From the NCBI GenBank assembly GCA_003056085.1, contig LSNK01000005.1, forward strand, positions 10,122 through 74,121: a stretch of 64,000 nucleotides of DNA. The letters are read 5' to 3'. The notes beneath the pieces are model-generated. The model saw only the letters and a list, made by a program, of their open reading frames with translations, did not search any database and was not told where the DNA came from. Source of the stretch: Parcubacteria group bacterium M6-OD1-1 (GTDB lineage: Bacteria; Patescibacteriota; Minisyncoccia; GWC2-36-17; M10-OD1-4). Position 1 is the first letter of the stretch. Every line of letters starts with the position of its first letter. Below, in pieces: positions 1-9,717 of the stretch. Both the position numbers and the translations under genes were made by a program.

Positions 1-602
1 TTTTTATTACCCCCCTTAACCTGTTTAATTCCAAAAATCAAAGAATCTAAAGACTCCTTAATGCCGGCAAATAATTTTATTGATATATAAATAATAAGAA
101 AAAGAGCTGTAATAAAAACATAAAATATCATACTTTGAAAAGTTTCTCTTATGTCTCTTGAACTTTGCAAAACATCTTTTGATAGTATTTTTATATCATG
201 TTTAATTGATTCAAATTCTTTTAGAAAACCGCTTATTAAAACTTCGTCCCTTTCAGAATCTAAAGTCTTCTGAGAAACTATATTTAAAAATACGGGCCTA
301 AGTAATTTAAATTTATTTAAAATATCTTCATTTCCTTCATTTTTTGCAACTTTATTTATAAGATTCAGCGTTGACCAGTATTTTAAATTCCATTTTATAT
401 TGTTTTCTTCCCTCGGGTAAGCTAAATACTTATATGTAAGCTGATTAAGATCCGATAAAGCTATTTCAGTTTCTACAAGAACTAAATGCCTCTGATCTCT
501 TGCGTTGACTTCTTTGTTTAAAATCAAAAGACCAAACACAAAAATAACAAGAGAAAAAATTGCTATAAAAACACCAAAATATAATTTATTTTTTATACTC
601 AT
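1..602 (-). CDS. hypothetical two-TM membrane protein, N-terminal part; the gene continues beyond the window start
   Basis: Minus-strand frame is open from the ATG at 602-600 to position 1 (MSIKNKLYFGVFIAIFSLVIFVFGLLILNK...). It shows TM1, an extracytoplasmic segment of about 150 aa and TM2, like the N-terminus of a sensor protein. It is absent from the ORF track because it runs off the edge. Confidence 0.45.
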   Translation of the reverse strand, partial: MSIKNKLYFGVFIAIFSLVIFVFGLLILNKEVNARDQRHLVLVETEIALSDLNQLTYKYLAYPREENNIKWNLKYWSTLNLINKVAKNEGNEDILNKFKLLRPVFLNIVSQKTLDSERDEVLISGFLKEFESIKHDIKILSKDVLQSSRDIRETFQSMIFYVFITALFLIIYISIKLFAGIKESLDSLIFGIKQVKGGNK

Positions 603-774
603 ATTAATATAATTTATACTTTTACTTCAGTAAGTGTTCTTTTTCATTTTAACCTTAAAAACAGCCGGAGTAAAATCTTTTATTATTAATTTCCAAAAAA
701 TAATGGAATATTTCAAAATTTCTGCTATTATATTTAAATACTTCAAATTATAAATATATAAAAACTTAAACACC

Positions 775-1500
775 ATGAAAGGAGTTATCATAGCCGGCGG
801 GAAAGGCACAAGACTTTACCCTCTAACAAAAATAATAAATAAAAATCTACTTCCGATATACAATAAACCGATGATTTATTATTCTATTCAAATTCTTGCT
901 GATGCAGGGATAAAAGATATTTTAATAATAACCGGAACGGAGCACTCAGGACAATTTATAAGCCTTTTAAATTCGGGTGATGAGTTTGGCGTTAAACTTC
1001 ATTATGAAGTCCAAAAAAAGCCTTTGGGACCTGCTAATGCAATAAACGTTGCTCGAGATTTTGCCCAAAATGAAAAAATTGTTGTTGTTTTTTCGGATAA
1101 TATTTTTGAAAATAATATTAAAAAGGCTTGCGAAAATTTTAAAAAGCAAAAGGAAGGCGCAAAAATTTTTTTAAAAGAAGTTTCCGACCCAAGGAGGTTT
1201 GGTGTCGCAGAGATAAAAGAAAAAAAAGTGTTGTCCATAGAAGAAAAACCTAAAAATCCAAAAAGCAATTTAGCAGTTGTGGGTCTTTATATGTATGATA
1301 AAAAAGCGTTTGATTTTATAGATAAACTCAAACCATCAAAAAGAGGTGAATATGAGGTAACTGATTTAAATAATTTTTATATTAAAAATAATCAAATGAC
1401 ATATGAAATGCTCAACGGACATTGGACAGATGCAGGAACTTTTGATTCTCTGCTTGCGGTTAATAACTGGATAGCGAAAAAATCAAAATTTAATAAATAA
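775..1500 (+). CDS. rfbA: sugar-1-phosphate nucleotidyltransferase (RfbA-like glucose-1-phosphate thymidylyltransferase)
   Basis: N-terminal GGKGTRLYPLT nucleotidyltransferase signature, and DAG..D..I sugar-binding region. Confidence 0.7.
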   Translation: MKGVIIAGGKGTRLYPLTKIINKNLLPIYNKPMIYYSIQILADAGIKDILIITGTEHSGQFISLLNSGDEFGVKLHYEVQKKPLGPANAINVARDFAQNEKIVVVFSDNIFENNIKKACENFKKQKEGAKIFLKEVSDPRRFGVAEIKEKKVLSIEEKPKNPKSNLAVVGLYMYDKKAFDFIDKLKPSKRGEYEVTDLNNFYIKNNQMTYEMLNGHWTDAGTFDSLLAVNNWIAKKSKFNK

Positions 1501-1517
1501 TATATTTTAAAAAATTA

Positions 1518-2216
1518 ATGGAGGAAATTTCATTTTTTCAAACAATTTATAACTTTCTGATTGAACATCAATTTTTAAGTTACTTAATTGTTTTTTTAGC
1601 CACTTTTTTTGATAGCGCCTTTTTTATAGGGCTTTTAGTGCCATCCGGACTTTTAATGGCCGCTTTTGGTTTTGTAACATACGATGGCTATTTAACAACA
1701 GAATATGTGATATTTTTTGCCATATTAGGAGCTGTTTTAGGAGACACTTTAAACTTCCTTCTTGGAAATTACCACAAGAAAAAACATACTCTAAAAAATA
1801 TTGAGAAAACGAATAAACTTTTAAGAAAAAAGAATTATCTTGAGCACGGGAAAGAATTTTTTGAAAAGCACGGCAGAAAAAGCGTTTTACTCGGCAGGTT
1901 TATTGGAGTAATAAGACCGTTTATTGGGTTTATCTCCGGAAGCACAAATATGCCATTCTCAAGATTTCTATACTTTAGCACTTTAGGAACAACGCTTTAT
2001 GTTCTTTTTTATTTTGAGATAGGTTATTTATTCGGATCAAGTGTTGAATTTTTTATGTCTTGGGTAAAAAGAGCTGAAAATATGCTCTTGTTTACTTTGC
2101 TTGTTATAATCTCATTTTTATATTTTAAAAATTTGATAAAGCAGAAAGTTAAACCTAAAGTATTGGAAAAATCAGAAAAAATATTAGAAAAAATTGAAAA
2201 TAAAGATATCTTATAA
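1518..2216 (+). CDS. DedA/SNARE-associated family membrane protein
   Basis: Multi-TM protein with the DedA motif GRFIGVIRPFIGFISG. Confidence 0.7.
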   Translation: MEEISFFQTIYNFLIEHQFLSYLIVFLATFFDSAFFIGLLVPSGLLMAAFGFVTYDGYLTTEYVIFFAILGAVLGDTLNFLLGNYHKKKHTLKNIEKTNKLLRKKNYLEHGKEFFEKHGRKSVLLGRFIGVIRPFIGFISGSTNMPFSRFLYFSTLGTTLYVLFYFEIGYLFGSSVEFFMSWVKRAENMLLFTLLVIISFLYFKNLIKQKVKPKVLEKSEKILEKIENKDIL

Positions 2217-3605
2217 ATTATTTTTAAAATAATTTATAAGATCATCTATTTTTATTCTATCTTGTTTCATTGTATCTCTATCACGAACCGTAACAGAATT
2301 ATCCTTTGACGAATCAAAATCTATAGTTACACAATACGGCGTTCCTATTTCATCTTGTCTTCTGTATCTTTTTCCTATTGACTGCGTTTCGTCATACTGA
2401 CAAATAAAATGCATTTTTAATTCCTCAAATATTTCTTTTGCTTTTTGTGTCAGCTCTTCTTTATTTTTCATTAATGGCAATATGGCTACTTTTACAGGCG
2501 CAATCTTTGGAGCAATTTTTAAAACCACCCTCATTTCTCCCTCTACCTCTTCCTCCTCATAAGCATCGGCAATAACAGCCAAAAAAAGCCTGCCTACTCC
2601 AATGGAAGACTCTATAATATGAGGAATAAATTTTTCATTTGTTATCGGGTCTTGATAGTCTAAGTCTTGACCACAAGCTTTAGAATGTTGAGTTAAGTCG
2701 TAATTTCCTCTTGCATGAATGCCCTCAAGCTCACGCCACCCAAAAGGATATTTAAATTCTATGTCATATGCCTCTTTTGCATAAAAAACCAAATTTTCAT
2801 GCTTAGACCATTTTAAATTTTCTTTTTTAATACCAATATCAAGTAATGCATTAAAACGATACTCTTTTAATTTTTCGTATTCTTGCATATCATTTTCCGG
2901 TCTTGTAAAATACTGCATTTCCATTTGTTCAAATTCTCTGGTTCTGAATATAAACTGTCTTGCTGTAACTTCATTTCTGAAAGCCTTACCAATTTGCGCA
3001 ATTCCAAATGGAAGTTTTAAATGAGTTGAATCTAAAACATTTTTATAATTTACATAAATACCCTGGCAAGTTTCACCTCTTAAATAAACAGGGTCTGCCT
3101 CACTCTGAGTAAAATCCCCCAAATTGGACTTAACTAAAAGATTAAAAGATTTTGCATCTGTAAAATCCTGTTTCCCGCATTTTGGACATTTTATTTTATC
3201 TTTATTTTTTGAAAAAATCTTATTAATCTCTTCATCAGACATTTTTTCATCCGCAGCAACCCCAACATCCTCCAAAAGATGATCCGCTCTGCTTCTTGTG
3301 TGGCAATTTTTACACTCAACTAACGGATCAGAGAAGCCGGACACATGACCCGAGGCCTCCCAAACTTTTGGATTCATAAAAATCCCCGCGTCCATCCCCA
3401 CAATGTCACTCCTATTTTGAACCATAACCCTCCACCAGTGAGCTTTTATATTATTTGCAAGCTCAACTCCCATAGGACCAAAGTCATACACACCGGCAAA
3501 ACCACCATAAATTTCAGATGATGGATAAACAAAACCCCTCCTCTTACAAAGAGAAATTATTTTTTTCATTAAATCTTGACCATTTTTTTCTGCCGACATA
3601 ATCAT
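2211..3605 (-). CDS. glyQS: glycyl-tRNA synthetase, single-chain alpha2 type
   Basis: Class II aaRS motifs, 464 aa, RGFVYPSSEIYGG N-terminus, C-terminal anticodon-binding domain. It sits next to tRNA-Gly. Confidence 0.9.
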   Translation of the reverse strand: MIMSAEKNGQDLMKKIISLCKRRGFVYPSSEIYGGFAGVYDFGPMGVELANNIKAHWWRVMVQNRSDIVGMDAGIFMNPKVWEASGHVSGFSDPLVECKNCHTRSRADHLLEDVGVAADEKMSDEEINKIFSKNKDKIKCPKCGKQDFTDAKSFNLLVKSNLGDFTQSEADPVYLRGETCQGIYVNYKNVLDSTHLKLPFGIAQIGKAFRNEVTARQFIFRTREFEQMEMQYFTRPENDMQEYEKLKEYRFNALLDIGIKKENLKWSKHENLVFYAKEAYDIEFKYPFGWRELEGIHARGNYDLTQHSKACGQDLDYQDPITNEKFIPHIIESSIGVGRLFLAVIADAYEEEEVEGEMRVVLKIAPKIAPVKVAILPLMKNKEELTQKAKEIFEELKMHFICQYDETQSIGKRYRRQDEIGTPYCVTIDFDSSKDNSVTVRDRDTMKQDRIKIDDLINYFKNNL

Positions 3606-3735
3606 TTAAATTAACATTTTGACTATAATATAGCACAACGAACTAAAAATTAAAAATTATATTTTAACTGCAAAACAACTCTTGAAAAAAATAAATAAAT
3701 CGTATACTATATACCTACGTTTTAAATTAAAATTA

Positions 3736-3770
3736 GCGGGTATCGTATAGAGGCTATTATCTCTGCCTTC
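3736..3770 (+). pseudogene. 5' fragment of a tRNA-Gly, identical to positions 1-35 of the intact tRNA-Gly downstream
   Basis: 35/35 nt identical to 3848-3882. Identity stops inside the anticodon loop after CTTC. Confidence 0.5.
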
Positions 3771-3847
3771 TCCCGAAAATTTCTGAAGTAAAGTAAAGTG
3801 AAATTTTCGAGGATTCCGTAAATTATATAAAAGTTCATACGCAAAGA

Positions 3848-3919
3848 GCGGGTATCGTATAGAGGCTATTATCTCTGCCTTCCAAGCAGATGACGGGGGT
3901 TCGATTCCCCCTACCCGCT
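3848..3919 (+). tRNA. tRNA-Gly (anticodon TCC)
   Basis: Manual cloverleaf fold. Acceptor GCGGGTA/TACCCGC, anticodon stem TCTGC/GCAGA, loop CTTCCAA, T-arm GGGGG-TTCGATT-CCCCC, discriminator T. No encoded CCA. Confidence 0.85.
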
Positions 3920-3941
3920 CTTTGCGCAGGAATTTACGGAG

Positions 3942-3999
3942 CAAGCAGATATCCCGCCAAAAGCGGGATAAACCTCAGTTCGATTCCCCCTACCCGCTC
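3942..3999 (+). pseudogene. 3' fragment of a tRNA-Gly (positions 36 to the 3' end) with a 27-nt hairpin replacing the 5' strand of the T-stem
   Basis: CAAGCAGAT and GTTCGATTCCCCCTACCCGCTC are identical to the intact tRNA. The intervening ATCCCGCCAAAAGCGGGATAAACCTCA destroys the T-stem. Confidence 0.45.
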
Positions 4000-4011
4000 C
4001 AAGATAAGCTT

Positions 4012-4066
4012 TAATCTCAAAACAAAAACTACAGAATTAACTCTGTAGTTTTTGTTTTGAGATTAA
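4012..4066. terminator. perfect AT-rich hairpin of about 24 bp between the tRNA-Gly locus and the hup stop; likely bidirectional terminator
   Basis: aatctcaaaacaaaaactacaga / tctgtagtttttgttttgagatt inverted repeat with a 6-nt loop. Confidence 0.5.
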
Positions 4067-4100
4067 GCTAACTCAATGCGAGAATAAATCTGAAAAAGAC

Positions 4101-4376
4101 TTATTTTACAGCTTCTTTCAAAGCCTTTCCAGCTTTGAATTTAGGAACTGTTGTAGCTTTGATCTGGATTTTTTCCCCAGTCTTTGGGTTTACACCCATT
4201 CTAGCTGCTCTGTCTGCAACCTTAAAGGCTCCAAACCCTGCAACAGCAACTTCTTCCCTTTTTGAAAGAGATTCAGTTATTGTGTCAAATACTGCTTCTA
4301 CAGCATCCAACGCTGCTTTTTTTGTTTCAAGGCCTGCTTTTGTTTGCACTGCCTCTGCTAAAGCGTCTTTGTTCAT
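4101..4376 (-). CDS. hup: DNA-binding protein HU
   Basis: 91 aa with the classic HU sequence (GFGAFKVADRAARMGVNPKTGEKIQI). Confidence 0.9.
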   Translation of the reverse strand: MNKDALAEAVQTKAGLETKKAALDAVEAVFDTITESLSKREEVAVAGFGAFKVADRAARMGVNPKTGEKIQIKATTVPKFKAGKALKEAVK

Positions 4377-4415
4377 AGTTTTTATTTAACTATTAATAAT
4401 TATAATTAATTTATT

Positions 4416-4465
4416 AGACCTGCTTCGTAATAATTTTTTTAAAAAAATTATTACGAAGCAGGTCT
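4416..4465. repeat. perfect 50-nt palindrome (25+25) in the hup 5' region
   Basis: agacctgcttcgtaataattttttt | aaaaaaattattacgaagcaggtct, followed on the plus strand by a T-rich tract. Confidence 0.55.
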
Positions 4466-4695
4466 GCCTATGACCTTTTGTTTTTTAATAAGCAATTTAT
4501 TACTATACAGTCTAACAAAATCCTTTTATTTATGCAATATTTAAGACTTACTTAGTTTAACATGGTCTGATAGCACTTTGTCAATAGCAAAAATTTTAAA
4601 ATTTTCATTACTTAACATATTCTGAAAAATCCCTAACTTTTAAAAAAGTGTCGGTAAACAAAATGAAATCAAAATAAATAATGTGAAAAAACAAT

Positions 4696-4789
4696 GGAAT
4701 CTTGGCGCGCAACGAGCACCGAATGCGAGTCATACTAATCGGTACGGCGAACAAGAGCAGGGTTGCAAGCCAAGAAATCACGTTTTTTT
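4696..4789 (+). ncRNA. candidate small structured RNA, class unknown
   Basis: About 90-nt GC-rich island in an AT-rich spacer between rny and hup. A closing helix CUUGGC/GCCAAG and internal hairpins (ACCGA/UCGGU) are followed by a U7 tract on the plus strand. Confidence 0.3.
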
Positions 4790-4821
4790 GTGCTATTCAC
4801 TAATCTTGTAAAAAATAAGCT

Positions 4822-6351
4822 TTATCTTGCATATTCTATGACGCGATTCTCACGTATAACATTAACCTTAATCTCTCCCGGATATTTTAATTCTTCTTCT
4901 ATGTCATCAGCTATTTCTCTTGCTAATTTTCTCGCTCCTAAATCATCCACTTTTTCCGGAGTTACAAAAACTCTCAATTCTCTACCCGCTGAAATAGCAT
5001 AAACTTTTTCTATTCCTTCATGCGACATAGCTATAGCCTCAAGTTCTTCAAGTCTTCTTATGTAAGTTTCAAGCGTTCCTCTTCTTGCACCAGGCCTTGA
5101 TGCGGAAGTTGATTCCGCTATAGCAACAATTTTTGATTCTATTGTTTCATAAGGATATTCATCATGATGAGAACGCATTGCTAAAATTATCTTTTCATCA
5201 ATATTAAATTTCTGTAAAATTTTTATCCCTATCTCAACATGAGTCCCTTGAACTTCATGATCAACCGCTTTCCCAATATCATGAAACAATGCGCCCATTC
5301 TGGTGACTTTTACATCTGCGCCAAGTTCTTCGGCAAGCATTGCCCCAATATGCACAGCTTCCAAAGAATGCTCCAAAACATTTTGACCAAAACTTGTTCT
5401 GTATTTTAATCTTCCTAAAAGATTAGCAAGTCTTGGATCAACCCCAATAACCTTCGCCTCAGAAATCGCATCTTCTCCCGCCTTTTGAATGCTTTTTGTT
5501 ATTTCTTCTTTTGCCTTCTCAACAGCCTCTTCTATTTTAGCCGGCTGTATTCTGCCGTCACTTATCAATTTTTCTAAAGCAAGCTTGCAAACCTGTCTTC
5601 TTATAGGATCAAAACAAGAAATTAAAACAGCACCCGGAGTATCATCAACTATAATTTCCGCTCCAGTTAATCTCTCAATAGACTTAATATTTCTTCCCTC
5701 TCTGCCTATTATCTTTCCTTTTATTTCATCTGAAGGAAGTTTCAGAGTTGTTGTTGTAACTTCTCCAGCTTGTGAGCCGGAAAATCTTTGCATAGCATCA
5801 GTTAAAATGTCTTTTGCCTTTCTTTCTATTTCATTATTCGTTTCTTTTTCAAGCTTTTTCATTCTTTCAAGCAGGTCATCTTTGTTTTTCTGCTCCACCA
5901 TTTCAAAAACTGCATCTTTTGCCTTTTTTTCACTAAATTTTGAAATTTCTTCTAACTTCTTAAGCTGTTCTTTCTTTGTATTTTCAACTGACTCTTGAAC
6001 ATTTTTTACTTTCTCTACTTTTTCTTTAATTTCCTGCTCATCTTTCTCTTGTTTTTTGAGTCTTTCTTCAAGAGAGTCTTCACGCTTCAAAAGATGCTCT
6101 TCAAGTTTTGTAATTTGAGACTTTCTTTCTTTCTCCTCTTTTCTTGTTTCCTCCAAAACAACCAAAGACTCCTCTTTTGCTTTTTCTATTATTGCTTTTG
6201 ATTTTTCTTTTGCTTCATCTTCTAACTTTGAAATTTTTGATTCCAAAGTGTCAGCTTTTTGTTTTGCTGTCGCCTTTCTGAGGAAATAACCGGCAAAAAT
6301 ACCCGCTAAAACACCCAAAAGCCCCACACCAAAAGGTATCAAACTTTCCAT
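4822..6351 (-). CDS. rny: ribonuclease Y
   Basis: N-terminal TM, coiled-coil, KH domain (IIGREGRNI) and HD domain (HDIGK...HH), 509 aa. Confidence 0.9.
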   Translation of the reverse strand: MESLIPFGVGLLGVLAGIFAGYFLRKATAKQKADTLESKISKLEDEAKEKSKAIIEKAKEESLVVLEETRKEEKERKSQITKLEEHLLKREDSLEERLKKQEKDEQEIKEKVEKVKNVQESVENTKKEQLKKLEEISKFSEKKAKDAVFEMVEQKNKDDLLERMKKLEKETNNEIERKAKDILTDAMQRFSGSQAGEVTTTTLKLPSDEIKGKIIGREGRNIKSIERLTGAEIIVDDTPGAVLISCFDPIRRQVCKLALEKLISDGRIQPAKIEEAVEKAKEEITKSIQKAGEDAISEAKVIGVDPRLANLLGRLKYRTSFGQNVLEHSLEAVHIGAMLAEELGADVKVTRMGALFHDIGKAVDHEVQGTHVEIGIKILQKFNIDEKIILAMRSHHDEYPYETIESKIVAIAESTSASRPGARRGTLETYIRRLEELEAIAMSHEGIEKVYAISAGRELRVFVTPEKVDDLGARKLAREIADDIEEELKYPGEIKVNVIRENRVIEYAR

Positions 6352-6734
6352 AATTATTATAATTGATAGTCGTTCTTATCGGGGAAATCTCTATAAAAAA
6401 TAATTAGGTTGAGTAACTTAAAACTGCATAATAAGAATTACGCTTTTTTAAATCTATTATTCAGATTAGTAGTATTTAATTGAGTTTTTTGTAAAATTTT
6501 CATCTAAAAAACAATTTATCAACCATAATCAGAAAATTCCGAGGAACTTATATCAAAATTGAAATTAACTTTTATACTAAAACGATATCAGAAATGGCAT
6601 TTTTTGTCAAAATAAATATTTAAATTCTATATAATGAACAATTATATTTTAAAACTTGAGATTAATTGTTAAAATCCATTTTTACTTGTTGTCCGTTTCA
6701 GGTTACTGATTACTTTTTATCTGATATAATAATA

Positions 6735-6772
6735 GGAGCGTGGAAATTAACCTTATCCAAATTTCACGCTCC
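6735..6772 (+). promoter_or_regulatory. stable stem-loop 4 nt upstream of the xer start codon
   Basis: GGAGCGTG...CACGCTCC 8-bp GC stem extended by gaaatt/aaattt. Confidence 0.3.
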
Positions 6773-6776
6773 CAAT

Positions 6777-7676
6777 ATGGCAATCAATCAACTAATAACC
6801 CAATTTTTAGAATATTTGGAAATAGAAAAAAACAGATCTCAAAAAACACTTGAGAATTACGACCATTATCTAAAAAGGTTTTTAATTTTTACAAAAGTCA
6901 AAAATCCTTCTGATATTAACTTAGAAATGGTGAGAAAATACAGAATACATTTAAATAGAATAACAGACAACGATGGAAAATCACTTAAAAAAACAACCCA
7001 AAACTACCATGTAATAGCTTTAAGAGCATTTTTAAAATATTTAGCCAAGCAAGACATCAAGACATTAAGCGCAGAGAAAATAGAACTCGGAAAAAATCCC
7101 GAAAGAGACATAACTTTTCTAAACTCAGATGAGGTTAAAAGACTGCTTTCTGCTCCAAAAGGAGATGACCTATCACCCCTCAGAGATAAAGCTATTTTGG
7201 AAACTCTTTTTTCAACCGGACTTCGCGTATCTGAGTTATGCTCTTTAAATAGAGATTCAACAAATATAAAAAATGGTGAATTCTCTGTTTTGGGAAAAGG
7301 CGGGAAAATGAGAATAGTTTTTTTATCGGACTCTGCAAAAGAAGCTATAAAAAAATATCTTTTAAAGAGAGAGGATGTGGATAATGCATTATTTGTGCGA
7401 AACACAAACCATAAAAAAGAAAATCTAAGGCTAACTGAAAGGTCTATTCAAAGAATTATAAAAAAATACGCTCAAAAAGCGGGAATTGTAAAAAATATAA
7501 GCCCTCATAAACTTCGTCACAGCTTTGCAACTGACCTTTTGCAAAACGGAGCAGATATTCGTTCTGTTCAAAGCATGTTAGGACACTCAAGCATTACAAC
7601 AACACAAATATACACCCACTATTCAGACAAACACTTAAAAGAAATCCATAAAAAGTTTCACTCAAAAGAAAAATAA
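6777..7676 (+). CDS. xerC: tyrosine site-specific recombinase XerC/XerD family
   Basis: N-terminal core-binding domain plus catalytic RxxR...HxLRH...Y (HKLRHSFATDLL, TQIYTHY). The ORF-track start at 6666 is probably too long. The ATG at 6777 (MAINQLITQFLEYLE) matches Xer N-termini. Confidence 0.85.
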   Translation: MAINQLITQFLEYLEIEKNRSQKTLENYDHYLKRFLIFTKVKNPSDINLEMVRKYRIHLNRITDNDGKSLKKTTQNYHVIALRAFLKYLAKQDIKTLSAEKIELGKNPERDITFLNSDEVKRLLSAPKGDDLSPLRDKAILETLFSTGLRVSELCSLNRDSTNIKNGEFSVLGKGGKMRIVFLSDSAKEAIKKYLLKREDVDNALFVRNTNHKKENLRLTERSIQRIIKKYAQKAGIVKNISPHKLRHSFATDLLQNGADIRSVQSMLGHSSITTTQIYTHYSDKHLKEIHKKFHSKEK

Positions 7677-7752
7677 AATAACAATCTTATCCGCAAACAA
7701 AAATCCTTCGGCAACTAAGTTACTGAAGGATTTTTGTTTGTTAAACTTGATT

Positions 7753-8340
7753 TTATTTTTTCTTTTGTATAATTTTGTCAATTATACCGTAAGTTTTTGC
7801 TTCTTGAGCAGACATATAGTAATCTCTGTCTGCGTCTTTTTCTACTTTTTTATACTGTTGTCCTGTATGTTCTACCAAAATTTTATTTATTTTATCTTTT
7901 GTTTTTAAAATATGCTTTGCAGTTATCTCTATGTCTGTTGCTTGTCCCTCAACTCCTCCCATAACCTGATGAATCATAACTTCTGAATTTGGCAAAGCAA
8001 ACCTTTTTCCTTTTTCACCTGAAGCCAGAAGCACCGCCCCCATTGAAGCCGCTATCCCAACACACATTGTAGATACATCACTTTTTAAGTACTGTATGGT
8101 GTCGTAAATTGCAAGACCCGATGTGACAGAACCGCCTGGAGAATTAATATAAAGCTGAATATCTTTACCGGAATCTTGAGAATCCAAAAACAAAAGCTGA
8201 GCAATAACCGTATTTGCCAAAGCATCGTCAATAGTGTCTCCTAAAAATATTATTCTATCCTTTAAAAGCCTGGAGTATATATCATACGCCCTTTCTCCAT
8301 AATTTGTTTTTTCTATTACCGTCGGTATTAAATAACTCAT
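7753..8340 (-). CDS. clpP: ATP-dependent Clp protease proteolytic subunit
   Basis: Ser-His-Asp triad context ([19 protein letters not shown]), 195 aa. Confidence 0.95.
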   Translation of the reverse strand: MSYLIPTVIEKTNYGERAYDIYSRLLKDRIIFLGDTIDDALANTVIAQLLFLDSQDSGKDIQLYINSPGGSVTSGLAIYDTIQYLKSDVSTMCVGIAASMGAVLLASGEKGKRFALPNSEVMIHQVMGGVEGQATDIEITAKHILKTKDKINKILVEHTGQQYKKVEKDADRDYYMSAQEAKTYGIIDKIIQKKK

Positions 8341-8439
8341 TTTATTAACTTATTAGAAATTAGCTTTTTAACCTGTTAGTCAATTTATATTACCACTCGC
8401 ACCAATCATTTAACAAGTTATAAAAAAATTAATACTCTG

Positions 8440-9717
8440 TTAATTTGTTTTTTCCAATAAATTTAAAACTTTTTCATTTATAATCATCATCTGAGAATAC
8501 GCTTTCAACCTTCCCGGATCCATTGCATTGTTTGCTGATGCCAAATCTTTATATTTAAGCAAAATCTCGTTTATTTTCTCCGTTACTTCATCATCTCCAG
8601 CCTTTATCTCTTCTTGTTTTGCAATCTCTTCAATAATCATAGCCGATTTTATTCTTAGCTCCGCTTGAGGCTTCATATCATTTTTTAAATCTTCCTCTGT
8701 TTTTTTGATGCTTAAAAGATATGTTTCAAAATCCAATCCGTGCTGCTTGATGCCCATCTCCATTTCCTTAAGCATCTTATCCACCTCTTTTTTTATCATT
8801 ATTTCCGGTAATTCTATTCTTGATTCTTTAGCAATCTCTCCTACTAAAGAATTCCTGAATTCTTCTTTTTCTTTTGCCTCTTTCTCTTTTTTCATTCCAT
8901 CTCTTATATTTTTTTTAAGATCCTCTATAGTTTTAAAATTACCCAAAGAACTTACAAACTCATCATTAAGCTCCGGAAGCGATACTTCAATAACATTATT
9001 TAACTTTACAGAAAACTCCAGCTCCTTACCTGCTAATTCCTTTTTAAAATAACTTTTCGGGGCTTTAAGTTTAAACTTTTTCTCATCCCCCGCTTTCATT
9101 CCCTTAACATTATCTTCAAATCCTTCAATAAACTTTCCTCCTCCGATTTTAACAGGGTGATTCTTGGAATCTCCCCCCTCAATCTTTACACCATCAAGCC
9201 GAACCTCAAAGTTAACTTCCGCAATATCATCTTCTTTAACCTCTCTTTTAACAGATACTTCCTTTGCTCTTGAATTTTGAATTTGCGAAATTGTTTCTTC
9301 AATCTCCTTATCTTCTACTGTTATATTCTTTTCTCTTTTCTTTACAACATCTTTGGATATTTTTTTATAATCCGGAAGTTTTATTTCAGGATAAACAGAA
9401 ACAATAACATTAACAATTATCGGATTTCCTTCCGCCATTTTCTTAACATCCATCTTGGGATAATCCACGGCAAAAATATCATTTCTTCTCAAAAATTCCT
9501 CATATTTTTTTTCAATAGCAAGTCTGCCGGCTTCTTCAAAGATAGCCTGTTTTCCCACCATTTTTTCCAAAACATCTCTGGGAGCCTTGCCTTTCCTGAA
9601 GCCTTTTATTTCAATATCTTTTGAAATTTCTTTTGCTGCGTTATCCAAATAAACAGCAGCCTCATCCGGTGATATTTCAAGTTCAAATTCTAATTGTGAA
9701 TTGGGTAATTTTTTCAT
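8440..9717 (-). CDS. tig: trigger factor
   Basis: N-terminal ribosome-binding domain with GFRKGKAP motif, FKBP-type PPIase middle, C-terminal helical arm, 425 aa. Confidence 0.9.
   Translation of the reverse strand: MKKLPNSQLEFELEISPDEAAVYLDNAAKEISKDIEIKGFRKGKAPRDVLEKMVGKQAIFEEAGRLAIEKKYEEFLRRNDIFAVDYPKMDVKKMAEGNPIIVNVIVSVYPEIKLPDYKKISKDVVKKREKNITVEDKEIEETISQIQNSRAKEVSVKREVKEDDIAEVNFEVRLDGVKIEGGDSKNHPVKIGGGKFIEGFEDNVKGMKAGDEKKFKLKAPKSYFKKELAGKELEFSVKLNNVIEVSLPELNDEFVSSLGNFKTIEDLKKNIRDGMKKEKEAKEKEEFRNSLVGEIAKESRIELPEIMIKKEVDKMLKEMEMGIKQHGLDFETYLLSIKKTEEDLKNDMKPQAELRIKSAMIIEEIAKQEEIKAGDDEVTEKINEILLKYKDLASANNAMDPGRLKAYSQMMIINEKVLNLLEKTN

Noticed and set aside
627-809. 60-aa minus-strand ORF overlapping the rfbA start.
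   Set aside because: AT-rich low-complexity translation overlapping the rfbA N-terminus. No support.
3771-3941. Group I or archaeal-type intron in the outer tRNA-Gly.
   Set aside because: The 171-nt insert is too short, lacks group I P/Q/R/S elements or a BHB motif, and contains a complete tRNA instead. Reported as a nested or interrupted tRNA.
5489-6201. Antisense ORFs inside rny (169 aa and 68 aa), and similar antisense ORFs inside tig, nusA, pnp, dnaA-region genes and the giant proteins.
   Set aside because: Entirely contained in the opposite strand of well-supported genes. Ser/Phe/Leu-rich translations are typical of the reverse frame of Lys/Glu-rich genes.
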